DNA of 62,521 nucleotides, filler included, from an uncultured bacterium (lineage in GTDB: Bacteria > Hinthialibacterota > Hinthialibacteria > Hinthialibacterales > Hinthialibacteraceae), in assembly GCA_964449065.1 (NCBI GenBank). It is 6 parts of 6 records of this genome, joined end to end, with 100 filler letters (N's around TTAATTAATTAA, not from the genome) between each part and the next. Parts side by side here need not be neighbours in the genome. Positions count along the whole stretch, not along the records: positions 41,955 to 52,192 come from CAYVAZ010000183.1; positions 52,293 to 62,521 come from CAYVAZ010000184.1; 4 more parts are not named here. One strand, given 5' to 3'. Every line of letters starts with the position of its first letter. Position 1 is the first letter of the stretch. The notes beneath the pieces are model-generated. The model had not been told where the DNA came from, made no database searches, and saw nothing but the letters and a program-made list of their open reading frames with translations. The translations under genes and the position numbers were made by a program. Of the stretch, positions 48,683 to 58,552 are shown in pieces.

Positions 48683-49148
48683 TTGACATACATCCCAATA
48701 CCTAAGCCATCGATATTAGACGGATTAGAATCATACATTCAAAACGGCGAAAAGAGATGGCGTAGTCACGATGGCAAACGAATTTATACTTGGGATGGTC
48801 TACATGGTGAAGTAGAAGTTTTCAACAAAAGAGGCAAACACCCAGTAGTTCATCAAGGCTGACTTGATGGGTTATAACTTAACCATCCACATGAAATGAC
48901 TAGGATCAGTCAACCACAAGCGTTAGCGCAGTGTTATACCCCCTTGCATAAGGGGGTGGAGCCGTAGGCTCCGGGGGATTTTGCGTAGTTGGAAGCGTGC
49001 TTCGATCCCCCCTAGCCCCCCTTAACAAGGGGGGGGACAACGGATAGCCAGCCGTCATTCTTTGATTGACAGACTACTAGGTGCCCTTGATCCTGTAAGT
49101 GGTCATAAAATTAAGAATGCTGTTAAAGGAAGATTCATCGATGTCTGA
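48683..49148 (+). pseudogene. Colicin E3-like cytotoxic RNase gene interrupted by a MITE
   Basis: TTG 48683: MTYIPIPKPS...KRWRSHDGKRIYTWDGLHGEVEVFNKRGKH; resumes at 49077: LGALDPVSGHKIKNAVKGRFIDV-stop 49148; 76 aa once joined. Confidence 0.85.
48846..49076. mobile_element. 231-bp MITE inserted at a CTAG site
   Basis: Ends TAGTTCATCAA / TTGACAGACTA (8 of 11 inverted match), flanked by CCAG (48842-45) and CTAG (49077-80); removal restores the toxin frame. Confidence 0.8.
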
Positions 49149-49362
49149 AACAATTTCAAATACCTTCATAAACAAATGCATTTTAGGTGAAGAAAACCCT
49201 GAAAATATCGAAGACTATGTGGATATGTGGCATGAGTCTGAATCAACACTAGAACTACATGAATACATAGGTTTGACAGAAGATGAATACGAAACGTGGC
49301 TGCGATACCCCGAAAAACTTCCCCAAATCATCTCGAACCATAAAAAGGGAACAACCATGTAG
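49141..49362 (+). CDS. Small acidic protein, putative antitoxin/immunity partner (copy 1)
   Basis: ATG 49141 overlaps the toxin stop (ATGTCTGA); AAGGA RBS; 73 aa. Confidence 0.7.
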   Translation: MSETISNTFINKCILGEENPENIEDYVDMWHESESTLELHEYIGLTEDEYETWLRYPEKLPQIISNHKKGTTM

Positions 49363-49392
49363 GATGGGTTGAGGCTGTTCGCGAAACCCATC
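49359..49392 (+). repeat. GTAG-type REP palindrome between the paralogues
   Basis: GTAG-GATGGGTT...AACCCATC; other GTAG-type hairpins at 151-173 and 49682-49706. Confidence 0.6.
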
Positions 49393-49424
49393 ATGACCAA
49401 AATATAAATATATAAGGACTAACG

Positions 49425-49640
49425 ATGTCTAAACCATCCACAACATTTATCGGTAAATGCCTGAGTGGTGATGCGCTCTATGAAGATATAGATGACTATA
49501 TCGACCTCTGGCACAATTCCGATTCAGAAGAGAAACTGCACGAATTTTTAGGAATGACTCACGATGAATACATCGAGTGGGTCAAACATCCGGATATTCT
49601 ACCCAGCATCATTGCCAACCATAACAAGGTCTCGATTTAA
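49425..49640 (+). CDS. Paralogue of 49141..49362 (copy 2)
   Basis: Shared pattern TFIxKCxxG...IxDYxDxWHxSxS...LHExxGxTxDEYxxW...LPxIIxNHxK; AAGGA RBS. Confidence 0.75.
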   Translation: MSKPSTTFIGKCLSGDALYEDIDDYIDLWHNSDSEEKLHEFLGMTHDEYIEWVKHPDILPSIIANHNKVSI

Positions 49641-49801
49641 ATTGCTCGAAGAATCTTGCTTCGATTCAGACATTCATTAAAGTAGGGGCTTGTAGTTTTG
49701 CCCTACCTTTACAGTTATAGAACTTTCGCATTCTAATAATCCAATATAAACCAACGCCGTTATTCACGTCCATTCGCGGTGAAAAAGTCATACACAACCA
49801 C

Positions 49802-52192
49802 CTACGATTTCGCGCCAACACCCGTGTCCGCCTTACTTGAATCATACGCCAAATTCGGTGCCAGCCAGCGTTCCACATCCGCGATGGTCATATCCTTGCG
49901 CCGCGCGTAGTCTTCCACTTGATCCTTCTCAATCTTACCGACGCGGAAATATTTTGCATCTGGATGATTAAAGTAAAAGCCGGAAACCGAACTGGGCGGG
50001 TTCATCGCGTAGTTTTCGGTCAACTCCATGCCAGTGGTTTCATCCACATTCAGCAGTTTCCACAGCGTACCTTTTTCGGTATGATCCGGGCACGCAGGGT
50101 ATCCCGGGGCCGGACGAATGCCGCGGTACTTTTCTTTGATCAACTCTTCATTCGTCAATTTTTCATCCTTGCCGAACCCGCAGCAATCCCGTACATGCTT
50201 GTGCAGATATTCCGCGCACGCTTCCGCGAACCGGTCACCCAGCGCTTGAATCAGAATCGCGGTATAATCGTCATTCTTCGATTTATACGAATTCGAAAAT
50301 TCATCCACTTCTTTCCCCGCGGTCACGGCAAACGCGCCCACATAATCCGTTCTACCCGAATCCTTCGGGGCCACATAATCCGCTAAACATGGATAGGTGC
50401 CATCCTTCTTCTCCATCTGATGACGCAAGAAATGAAAGCGGTGCAGAATCTCACTGCGCGATTCATCGCTATAAAACTCCACATCATCATCCACGCTGTT
50501 GGCCGGCCAAAAACCGTACACCGCGCGGCAGCGGAATTTTTTCTCTTTGATAATCTCTTCCATCAGTTTCTGCGCGTCATCAAACAACTCGCGCGCTTGC
50601 GGACCAACCTTTTTATCATCCAAGATGTTCGGATACCGACCCCGCATTTCCCACGTGAGGAAGAACGGCGTCCAATCGATGTACTTCGCAATTTCATCCA
50701 GTGGAATTTCATCCCACACCTGCAATCCGGTCTTCTCCGGTTGGGCTATCTCTACAGCATCCCAATCGCTCTGAATCCGGTTCGCCCGCGCGGTGTTGAT
50801 ATCCACATACTTCGCCGTCTTCCCGCTGTTGGAGGCATACTGTACGCGCAGGCGTTCCTGATCATCAAACAATTCCTTGAGGAAATCATCCTTCAATTTC
50901 GGATTGCGCAACTGGTTGCAGATACCGACAACAAGCGAAGCATCCGTCACATGAACAACCGGCGCGTTATAGTGCGGGGCGATCTTGATCGCCGTGTGCG
51001 CCTTGCTGGTTGTCGCCCCGCCAATCAACAATGGAGTGGTCATTTCCCGCCGCTCCATCTCTTTTGCGTTGTTGATCATCTCATCCAGCGACGGCGTAAT
51101 CAGTCCGCTCATGCCGATGATATCCGCGTTGTGTTCGTTGGCGGCATCCAGAATCGCCTCGCAAGACTGCATCACACCCAGGTCAATCACCTCATAGTTG
51201 TTGCACGAAAGCACCACCGAAACGATGTTCTTCCCGATATCATGCACATCGCCTTTCACCGTCGCAATCACAAAGGTGCCTTCGTTGCTGGCGCTCTTGC
51301 TCTTTTTCTTTTCTTCTTCCATATAGGGCAGCAAATACGCAACCGCCTTTTTCATCACGCGCGCGCTTTTGACAACCTGCGGCAAAAACATCTTCCCGGC
51401 GCCAAACAATTCGCCGACCACCTTCATGCCGTCCATCAGCGGACCTTCAATCACATCCAACGGACGCTCATGTTTCTGCCGCGCTTCTTCGGTGTCATCT
51501 TCCACGTATGTCGTAATTCCCTTTACCAGCGCGTGGCTTAAGCGTTCTTCCACGGTGCCTTCGCGCCATTCTTCACTGGTTTTCTCTTTTTCTTTGCCGG
51601 TGTGTTTGATCTCTTCCGCGTAGTCAATCAGGCGCTCGGTTGCGTCATCCCTGCGGTTCAAGAGCACATCTTCCACCATCTCTTTCAGTTTAGGATCGAT
51701 GTCTTCATACACTTCCAGCATTCCAGCATTCACGATACCCATATCCAGCCCGGCTTCAATCGCGTGATACAAAAAGATCGAATGCATCGCTTCCCGCACC
51801 ACATTGTTCCCCCGGAACGAGAACGAGATGTTGCTCACCCCGCCGCTGGTGCGGCAGCCCGGGCACACTTTCTTCACTTCGCGCACGCCTTCGATAAAGT
51901 CAACCGCGTAGTTGTTATGCTCATCCATCCCCGTCGCAACGGTTAGAATGTTTAAGTCAAAAATTATATCCTGCGGGATAAACCCGGCTTCTTCGGTCAG
52001 CAGTTTAAAGGCCCGTTTGGCAATCCGCACTTTTTCATCTTTGGTCGCTGCCTGCCCGTTTTCATCAAAGGCCATCACAATCACAGCCGCGCCATACCGC
52101 TGACACAATCTTGCCTGCCGCAAGAACTCTTCTTCGCCTTCTTTTAAACTGATCGAATTCACTATGCACTTGCCCTGCACACATTTCAGCCC
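49802..52192 (-). CDS. metH: B12-dependent methionine synthase, 5' end cut by contig edge
   Basis: [61 protein letters not shown]. Confidence 0.97.
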   Translation of the reverse strand, partial: GLKCVQGKCIVNSISLKEGEEEFLRQARLCQRYGAAVIVMAFDENGQAATKDEKVRIAKRAFKLLTEEAGFIPQDIIFDLNILTVATGMDEHNNYAVDFIEGVREVKKVCPGCRTSGGVSNISFSFRGNNVVREAMHSIFLYHAIEAGLDMGIVNAGMLEVYEDIDPKLKEMVEDVLLNRRDDATERLIDYAEEIKHTGKEKEKTSEEWREGTVEERLSHALVKGITTYVEDDTEEARQKHERPLDVIEGPLMDGMKVVGELFGAGKMFLPQVVKSARVMKKAVAYLLPYMEEEKKKSKSASNEGTFVIATVKGDVHDIGKNIVSVVLSCNNYEVIDLGVMQSCEAILDAANEHNADIIGMSGLITPSLDEMINNAKEMERREMTTPLLIGGATTSKAHTAIKIAPHYNAPVVHVTDASLVVGICNQLRNPKLKDDFLKELFDDQERLRVQYASNSGKTAKYVDINTARANRIQSDWDAVEIAQPEKTGLQVWDEIPLDEIAKYIDWTPFFLTWEMRGRYPNILDDKKVGPQARELFDDAQKLMEEIIKEKKFRCRAVYGFWPANSVDDDVEFYSDESRSEILHRFHFLRHQMEKKDGTYPCLADYVAPKDSGRTDYVGAFAVTAGKEVDEFSNSYKSKNDDYTAILIQALGDRFAEACAEYLHKHVRDCCGFGKDEKLTNEELIKEKYRGIRPAPGYPACPDHTEKGTLWKLLNVDETTGMELTENYAMNPPSSVSGFYFNHPDAKYFRVGKIEKDQVEDYARRKDMTIADVERWLAPNLAYDSSKADTGVGAKS

Positions 52193-52292
52193 NNNNNNNN
52201 NNNNNNNNNNNNNNNNNNNNNNNNNNNNNNNNNNNNTTAATTAATTAANNNNNNNNNNNNNNNNNNNNNNNNNNNNNNNNNNNNNNNNNNNN

Positions 52293-54609
52293 CTTCATAC
52301 CATAATGCCGAATCGGTGCTTGTATCTATAGATTGTTTAGATTCCACCTCGAATGTAAAGGAGAGCACATGCCGGGAATGTTCGCGCAGGTCGATTTTTT
52401 GGATGAATTTCTCTCCGCGTTTTGCCGCGGTGACTTGATCTTCAAAGAGGATGTATGGCTTTCCCAAGGCCATATCTCGCATGAGTAAACGGAAGGTGAT
52501 GGGGGGATTGTTTTCGCCATAATCAGGATGAATGCCATAGGTTACATCCAGTTGTTGGTGGTAACCCACACGAATGTGCGGGACTTGCAGGCTGTCAATA
52601 TTCACTCCAGGCCGTTGGGAAACCGCGAAACGATTGCCTTCATTGTTGGGTATGGCGATGGTTTCTTGGTAGTGGTTGGGTCGGGTTTTGCGGCGGATTT
52701 CGCCGGCGAGCAGACGGGTTAAATTGTTGGTGTAGTTTGTTTCCGAGACCAGGCGCAGATCTCCAAAAATGATTTTGTTTCCCTTCCAGGATGCAAGCAA
52801 TTGATGCGGACGGTATCCGATATAGGCGGCAAAGGGCTGCCAGCGAAACGGTGGTTCTTGCGGTTGAACTTCAAAAGACCCCAACGGCACTCCCCGTTCG
52901 GATTGCAGGGTTACTTCGATTGGTTTGACCGAGTTGCCGGGAGGGGCAAAGGCCCACCCGGTTAACCATCGGCGTCCGGATATCCAGACATCTTCCAAGT
53001 TTATATTCATGGCAGGGGTGCCGGGCATGATGTGCGCGGCTATATGGATTTGTTCGCGATCGTCAATGAATTGTGTTTCGGCTTTGCTTCCATCCGGGAG
53101 CTTCATCAAACCCATGAGATTAACCATTGGCGACCAATTGGATTCCCACAGTTGGGTGCTGAATTCTTCATGCACCAGCGTATAGGATTTTTGTAGGCGT
53201 TCATACAGCGCGCTGCGGTCTTCGTCGCGCATGACCACTGCGGTTTTTGAGCCTAAGCCGGATAAGGCTACAAATTCCGGGCGGAAGCGGATCAGGAAAT
53301 TATCGGGCACGGCCGCGCCAATTGACATATAAAAATAGGCGGTATCCAAATCGGCATAATACGCCAAGGGGTCAACGCGGTTGGTGTACAGGATGGGGGC
53401 TTTTAAGCGGTTCATGTTTTCACCGTAGACGCGGTTCACGCCCGAGGAAATGGTGCGGCCGAATTGGGTTTCGGTTTGATTGGGCGCCATTGTACGTAAA
53501 TCATAATTAATCGGAAAGGAGAAGCCTAGTAACGCGATAACCGGGATGAAGCGAAAATGCTTGGGCATCCACTCCAACACGCTTCCAAGCATCAACACGA
53601 AGAAGGGCATGAAGTAAAACAGACACCAAAAATGCTGGTTGGATGCGCGCGAGAAGATGATGATGTAGGCAATGGAAAATACAAATAAAGTTGTGATCCA
53701 AAACGGGAGTCCTTCGCGCCAGTTCCATTGATAAACAGCCCATCCAATCCAAGCGAACATGCTGAGGAATAAAACCGGGGTGCTGTTCCAAAACAGGCGG
53801 TATCCGATGGACCACCACCAGTTCCCGGTGAGAAAAAGCGGAGGTTTCCAATCGGATGCTTGGTACATTCCGGATTGAACCTTGACGTGATGAAACACGT
53901 TTTCGAACGCGCCGATGCCAAACATGAGGAAGGCGTAGACAAGCAACATTCCAAATGAAACGCACCAGAGTTGCGTTAACCGAATTTTCAGTTCGGGTTT
54001 TGAAGAGTGTTTCAGCCAAAACAAGAGGCAGACGCAGGTCAAGAAGAGAAGATAAACCCAATCGATTAATGTTCCGGTAATGATAAGCAATGATAATAGG
54101 AAGTACCGTTTTTGGTTTTTTTCCTCGATATCTTGCAGCCATTTTACGGTCCATAAAATACAGGCCACGACCGGGGGTTCGAAATTGACCACACGTCCCA
54201 GATAAAAAGAAAGTGGGGCGAATGCGAAAGCGGAAATGACGCCAATGCGGCTTGATGTGGATAGATGGGATTGGGTGATTTTCCACAAACCGATGAGACA
54301 CAACAGGTAAGAGATAAAGGGAACCAACCGTGCGGAGGATTCTTCATCACCCAAAAGATGGAACAAAGCAGCCAAAATCCATTGCAATCCCGGCGGATGA
54401 GTAGGGTGAAAGGTAGGGGATTCGGTAATGGTGTTGATGGTTGAAATGCCGTAGGTATGAGTGAAACCCGGATCCATGTGGCGGCGGGCAATTTGTTCTT
54501 GGAAGCCGGTTTCGTAATTGAGGACAAATGGCGCGTCAAAATTCCACAATTGCAGACCAATTGCAGACGCGGTTATGAGAATCAATAAAATACGTTGAAT
54601 CAATGACAT
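52293..54609 (-). CDS. GT-C (ArnT/PMT-like) membrane glycosyltransferase with a large C-terminal extracytoplasmic region, 3' end cut
   Basis: HPTHPPG...LGDEESSARL motif, about 11 TM segments. Confidence 0.7.
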
Positions 54610-54777
54610 AGTTCACTTTTTATTGGATTGAAAGACAAATTGACGAAATCTAATTATTATTTTCCTTGCGAAAAGACATACCTGATGGTAATTTATATAG
54701 TGAAACGATCCTGTAAAAAAGGGATAAGTCGAATCCAAGCTATTCAGACTCAATCTGAATTCAAGATAAGGGAAATC

Positions 54778-55347
54778 ATGACAGCTGTTACCAACGATAG
54801 TAGTTATTGGCGTGCGTTTGAAGAAAACGAATTGACTCACTCTGTTGCGCATTACTTGATGGCGATTGATCAGTTGCGCAAAGAATTCGGGTATGCGCGT
54901 GTCACCGATGTGGCCGGGAAGTTAAACATTTCGCGCGGGGCGGCATCCTTGGCGATTTCGCAATTAAAAGAGCGTAAGTTGGTATCTGAAGATCCCAACC
55001 GCTTTTTATTATTGACCAGTAAAGGAGAAATGCTGGCGCACACGGTTGAACACAACTTTGCTTTGTTAACCCGTTTTTTTGAAGAGGTATTGGGCGTGGA
55101 CCGGGATATTGCCAGGGCGGATGCTTGCAAGATGGAACACCTTATCAGTCCGGAATCGTCCTTGGCGTTAACCCGTTTTTTGCAGGTGTTGATTTCTGAT
55201 CCCAAACGGGTGGAGAAAATCAATAAAGAAATTCAAAACTCTACCTGCACGAAATCTTCGGAAGAAGCCTTGTGTGATTTGTGCGAACCCATCGGCGAAT
55301 GTTTAATGCCGCAGGATTTGGCGGAAAAAGCCAAAGACGGTCAATAA
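54778..55347 (+). CDS. DtxR/MntR-family metalloregulator with a Cys-rich C-terminal extension
   Basis: HYLMAI, ARVTDVA...[26 protein letters not shown]; tail C-x8-C-x2-C-x5-C. Confidence 0.85.
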   Translation: MTAVTNDSSYWRAFEENELTHSVAHYLMAIDQLRKEFGYARVTDVAGKLNISRGAASLAISQLKERKLVSEDPNRFLLLTSKGEMLAHTVEHNFALLTRFFEEVLGVDRDIARADACKMEHLISPESSLALTRFLQVLISDPKRVEKINKEIQNSTCTKSSEEALCDLCEPIGECLMPQDLAEKAKDGQ

Positions 55348-55454
55348 CCCTTTTCGTAAATTCAAACCTTCGTACCATTTTAAACTACAGCCAGTTTATT
55401 TTGGAGAAATCGCTCTGGATATCTCCCGATACTTTGACGATAAGGAATATCACA

Positions 55455-57725
55455 ATGGTTTTTGATCTTGGTCTCATTAAAACGGTCTATCAAAATTGGG
55501 AAAGCAATCTGAAAAAAGTCCGCAGTATTGTCAACAAGCCTTTAACCTTCCCCGAAAAAATTCTTTATAACCATTTGTATGATTTGAACGGACTGAATCA
55601 GCCGTATGTGCGCGGCGAGAGTTATGTTGATTTTAGCCCTGACCGGGTTGCGATGCAGGATGCCACCGCGCAAATGGCTCTCTTGCAGTTTATGCAGGCC
55701 GGCAAAGACCAAACCGCTGTTCCCGCAACCGTCCATTGTGATCACTTAATTCAAGCCAAGATTGGCGCGAAGACCGACTTAAACACCGCCATCGATCAAA
55801 ACAAAGAAGTCTATGATTTTTTGTCTTCTGTATCCAACAAATACGGGATTGGCTTTTGGAAACCCGGTGCGGGGATTATTCACCAGGTTGTGTTGGAGAA
55901 CTACGCGTTCCCGGGCGGGATGATGATCGGGACCGATTCGCATACGCCAAACGCGGGCGGATTGGGAATGATCGCGATCGGTGTTGGCGGTGCCGATGCG
56001 GTGGATGTTTTAACCGGTATGCCTTGGGAATTGAAGTTTCCCAAATTCATTGGCGTGAAACTTACCGGAAAAATGAATGGATGGACTGCCGCCAAAGATG
56101 TCATTCTAAAAGTGGCCGGTATTTTAACCGTGAAGGGCGGTACCGGATATATCGTAGAGTATTTTGGTGATGGGGCGGAATCGATTTCGTGCACGGGAAA
56201 AGGGACGATCTGCAATATGGGCGCTGAGATCGGAGCCACGACATCCATTTTCGCGTATGATGAAAAGATGGATGCGTTCTTGCGCGCGACCGAACGGGCG
56301 GACGTGGCGGATGAGGCAAATAAAATTAAAGCCGAACTGCGCAGCGACCCGGATGTGTATGAAAACCCGGAACACTATTACGATCAGGTCATTGAAATTA
56401 ATTTGTCGGAACTGGAACCGCATGTGAACGGGCCTTTCTCACCGGATCGTGCCTGGCCGATTTCGGAACTGAAAAAAGCGGTAGAAGAAAACGACTATCC
56501 GCCCAAGTTGGAAGTGGGGTTGATCGGTTCGTGCACCAATTCATCGTATGAAGATATTGACCGCGCGGCTTCGGTAGCCAAGCAGGCGTTTGATAAAAAA
56601 TTGAAAGTGAAATCGGAATTTACCATTACGCCCGGGTCCGAGCAAATCCGCTTTACGGTGGAACGCGACGGACAGTTGAAGTTGTTTGAAGACATTGGCG
56701 GAGTGGTGCTTGCCAACGCATGTGGGCCGTGTATTGGGCAATGGGCGCGGCACAATGCGGATAAAGGCGAAAAGAATACCATATTAACTTCATTTAACCG
56801 AAACTTTTCCAAGCGGAACGACGGCAACCCGAATACCCATGCCTTTGTTGCTTCTCCTGAAATTGTAACAGCACTCACGATAGCCGGGGACATGCGTTTT
56901 AACCCGCTGACCGATACGCTTACGAATGAAAATGGAGAGCCGGTTCGTTTGGATGAACCCAAGGGTGAAGAACTGCCGACGAAAGGATTCGCGGTGGAAG
57001 ACGCGGGGTACCAAGCCCCTGCTGATGACCCAAGCAAAGTGGATGTGGTTGTTAAACCCGATTCGGAACGCCTGCAACTTCTGGAGCCGTTTCAACCTTG
57101 GGAGGGAGACGATATTAAGGGATTGCGCTTGCTGTTAAAGGCCAAGGGCAAATGCACGACCGACCATATTTCAATGGCCGGGCCGTGGCTTCGGTTCCGT
57201 GGGCATTTGGACAATATTTCCAATAACTGCTTTATTGGAGCCATCAACGAATTCAACGACACCGCCAATAAAGTGAAGAACCAACTGACGGGTGAATATG
57301 GAGAAGTCCCTGCAGTGGCCCGTGCCTACAAGGCGAAAGGCATCGGTACCGTGGTTGTGGGGGATGAAAACTATGGCGAAGGGTCATCCCGTGAACACGC
57401 CGCCATGGAGCCGCGCTTTTTGGGTGTGCGCGCGGTGATTGTCCGCTCATTCGCGCGGATTCATGAGACCAATTTAAAAAAGCAGGGAATGCTGGCGTTG
57501 ACCTTTGCCGACCCCGCCGATTACGGCAAGGTGCGGGAAGACGATGTATTCGATATTTTGGGGTTGCAAGAGTTCGCGCCCGGCAAGCCGCTGCAGGTAA
57601 AGATTACGCATGGCGACGGTTCAACCGATGCGTTTGAGGTGAATCACACGTACAGCGAACGGCAGATTGACTGGTTTAAACACGGCAGCGCGCTGAATAT
57701 GATTCGCGCGAAGGAAACAGCTTAA
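55455..57725 (+). CDS. Aconitate hydratase, mitochondrial-type
   Basis: [61 protein letters not shown]; start moved to ATG 55455 (AAGGA RBS). Confidence 0.96.
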   Translation: MVFDLGLIKTVYQNWESNLKKVRSIVNKPLTFPEKILYNHLYDLNGLNQPYVRGESYVDFSPDRVAMQDATAQMALLQFMQAGKDQTAVPATVHCDHLIQAKIGAKTDLNTAIDQNKEVYDFLSSVSNKYGIGFWKPGAGIIHQVVLENYAFPGGMMIGTDSHTPNAGGLGMIAIGVGGADAVDVLTGMPWELKFPKFIGVKLTGKMNGWTAAKDVILKVAGILTVKGGTGYIVEYFGDGAESISCTGKGTICNMGAEIGATTSIFAYDEKMDAFLRATERADVADEANKIKAELRSDPDVYENPEHYYDQVIEINLSELEPHVNGPFSPDRAWPISELKKAVEENDYPPKLEVGLIGSCTNSSYEDIDRAASVAKQAFDKKLKVKSEFTITPGSEQIRFTVERDGQLKLFEDIGGVVLANACGPCIGQWARHNADKGEKNTILTSFNRNFSKRNDGNPNTHAFVASPEIVTALTIAGDMRFNPLTDTLTNENGEPVRLDEPKGEELPTKGFAVEDAGYQAPADDPSKVDVVVKPDSERLQLLEPFQPWEGDDIKGLRLLLKAKGKCTTDHISMAGPWLRFRGHLDNISNNCFIGAINEFNDTANKVKNQLTGEYGEVPAVARAYKAKGIGTVVVGDENYGEGSSREHAAMEPRFLGVRAVIVRSFARIHETNLKKQGMLALTFADPADYGKVREDDVFDILGLQEFAPGKPLQVKITHGDGSTDAFEVNHTYSERQIDWFKHGSALNMIRAKETA

Positions 57726-57773
57726 CGAAGAAATTATCAATCATCTGTTTTTTTTACAAAAGGATATGGAACC

Positions 57774-58043
57774 ATGCCGGAAACAGTGAGAATTCAAATT
57801 CCAGATGCAATTACTGAGAATTACGATTCGTTGGAAAATCTCCAGCAGGGTTTGTATGAAGATATTGTTATTAGTGAATTTCAACGGGGCAATCTCTCCA
57901 TTCGTGAATGTGCAGATATTCTTCAATTAACGTATGAAGGTTTTTTGGAATTTCTTGGAGAGAGAAATTTATCGTTTATAACCGCATCGAAAACAGATCT
58001 CGAAAAGAGTTATGAAAAATACAAGCATTCGTATTCAAACTAA
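57774..58043 (+). CDS. UPF0175-family putative antitoxin
   Basis: FQRGNLSIRECADILQLTYEGFLEFL HTH-like motif. Confidence 0.8.
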   Translation: MPETVRIQIPDAITENYDSLENLQQGLYEDIVISEFQRGNLSIRECADILQLTYEGFLEFLGERNLSFITASKTDLEKSYEKYKHSYSN

Positions 58044-58052
58044 ACGTACATT

Positions 58053-58502
58053 ATGATTGTTGCGGATTCGAGTCCACTTATCGTGTTAGGCAGATTAGAC
58101 CGCTTGGATATTTTGGAATCATTATTTGGTAAAATCATAATACCTTATGCTGTGTTTCAGGAAACTGTAACACAAAGCAAAAATGAAAATCAAAAGAAAT
58201 CGATCCAACATTATATTTCAAAAGAAGTAATCCGTGTTGTTCAACTCACAGATACATATCCCTTCACTCATAAATTGCACAAAGGTGAAAAAGAAGTACT
58301 GAGTTTGGCTGTTAAAACAAAATCAACGGGAATTATTTTGGACGAAAAAAGAGCAAGAAAAGAAGCAATACGCATTGGATTATCAACGAATTTACTCTAC
58401 ACAACAGATATATTGAGAGAAGCAGAAGCACGAGAATTGATTCCGTCTTACTCTGAAATAATACATTTATTAAAACCGATGCGTTTATATTTACCCGAAT
58501 AA
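58053..58502 (+). CDS. DUF3368-type PIN-domain protein
   Basis: IVADSSPLI, IIPYAVFQE, LHKGEKEVLSLA, ILDEKRARK. Confidence 0.85.
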   Translation: MIVADSSPLIVLGRLDRLDILESLFGKIIIPYAVFQETVTQSKNENQKKSIQHYISKEVIRVVQLTDTYPFTHKLHKGEKEVLSLAVKTKSTGIILDEKRARKEAIRIGLSTNLLYTTDILREAEARELIPSYSEIIHLLKPMRLYLPE

Positions 58503-58552
58503 AAAACCATCGATTCTTTTAATGTTTTTATAGGTGATTTTGTCGTGTTACT

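Noticed and set aside
47815..49800. Integron cassette array of small AT-rich genes
   Set aside because: No convincing attC sites (RYYYAAC...GTTRRRY) at gene ends and no integrase; REP and MITE elements explain the hairpins
50420..51541. 373-aa plus-strand ORF and the many other long shadow ORFs (for example 53507..54301, 46224..46799)
   Set aside because: Antisense or off-frame shadows of well-supported genes, expected from codon bias
10471..52292. Recurring TTAATTAATTAA at about 10.4-kb spacing, and gene neighbourhoods that cross it (for example T2SS next to flgKL, ThiF next to the NtrC regulator)
   Set aside because: Artificial linker inside N runs; contigs are ordered by length, so adjacency across spacers has no biological meaning
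55281..55454. N-terminal extension of aconitase that could mimic a targeting peptide
   Set aside because: Overlaps the regulator gene; a better start with RBS exists at 55455
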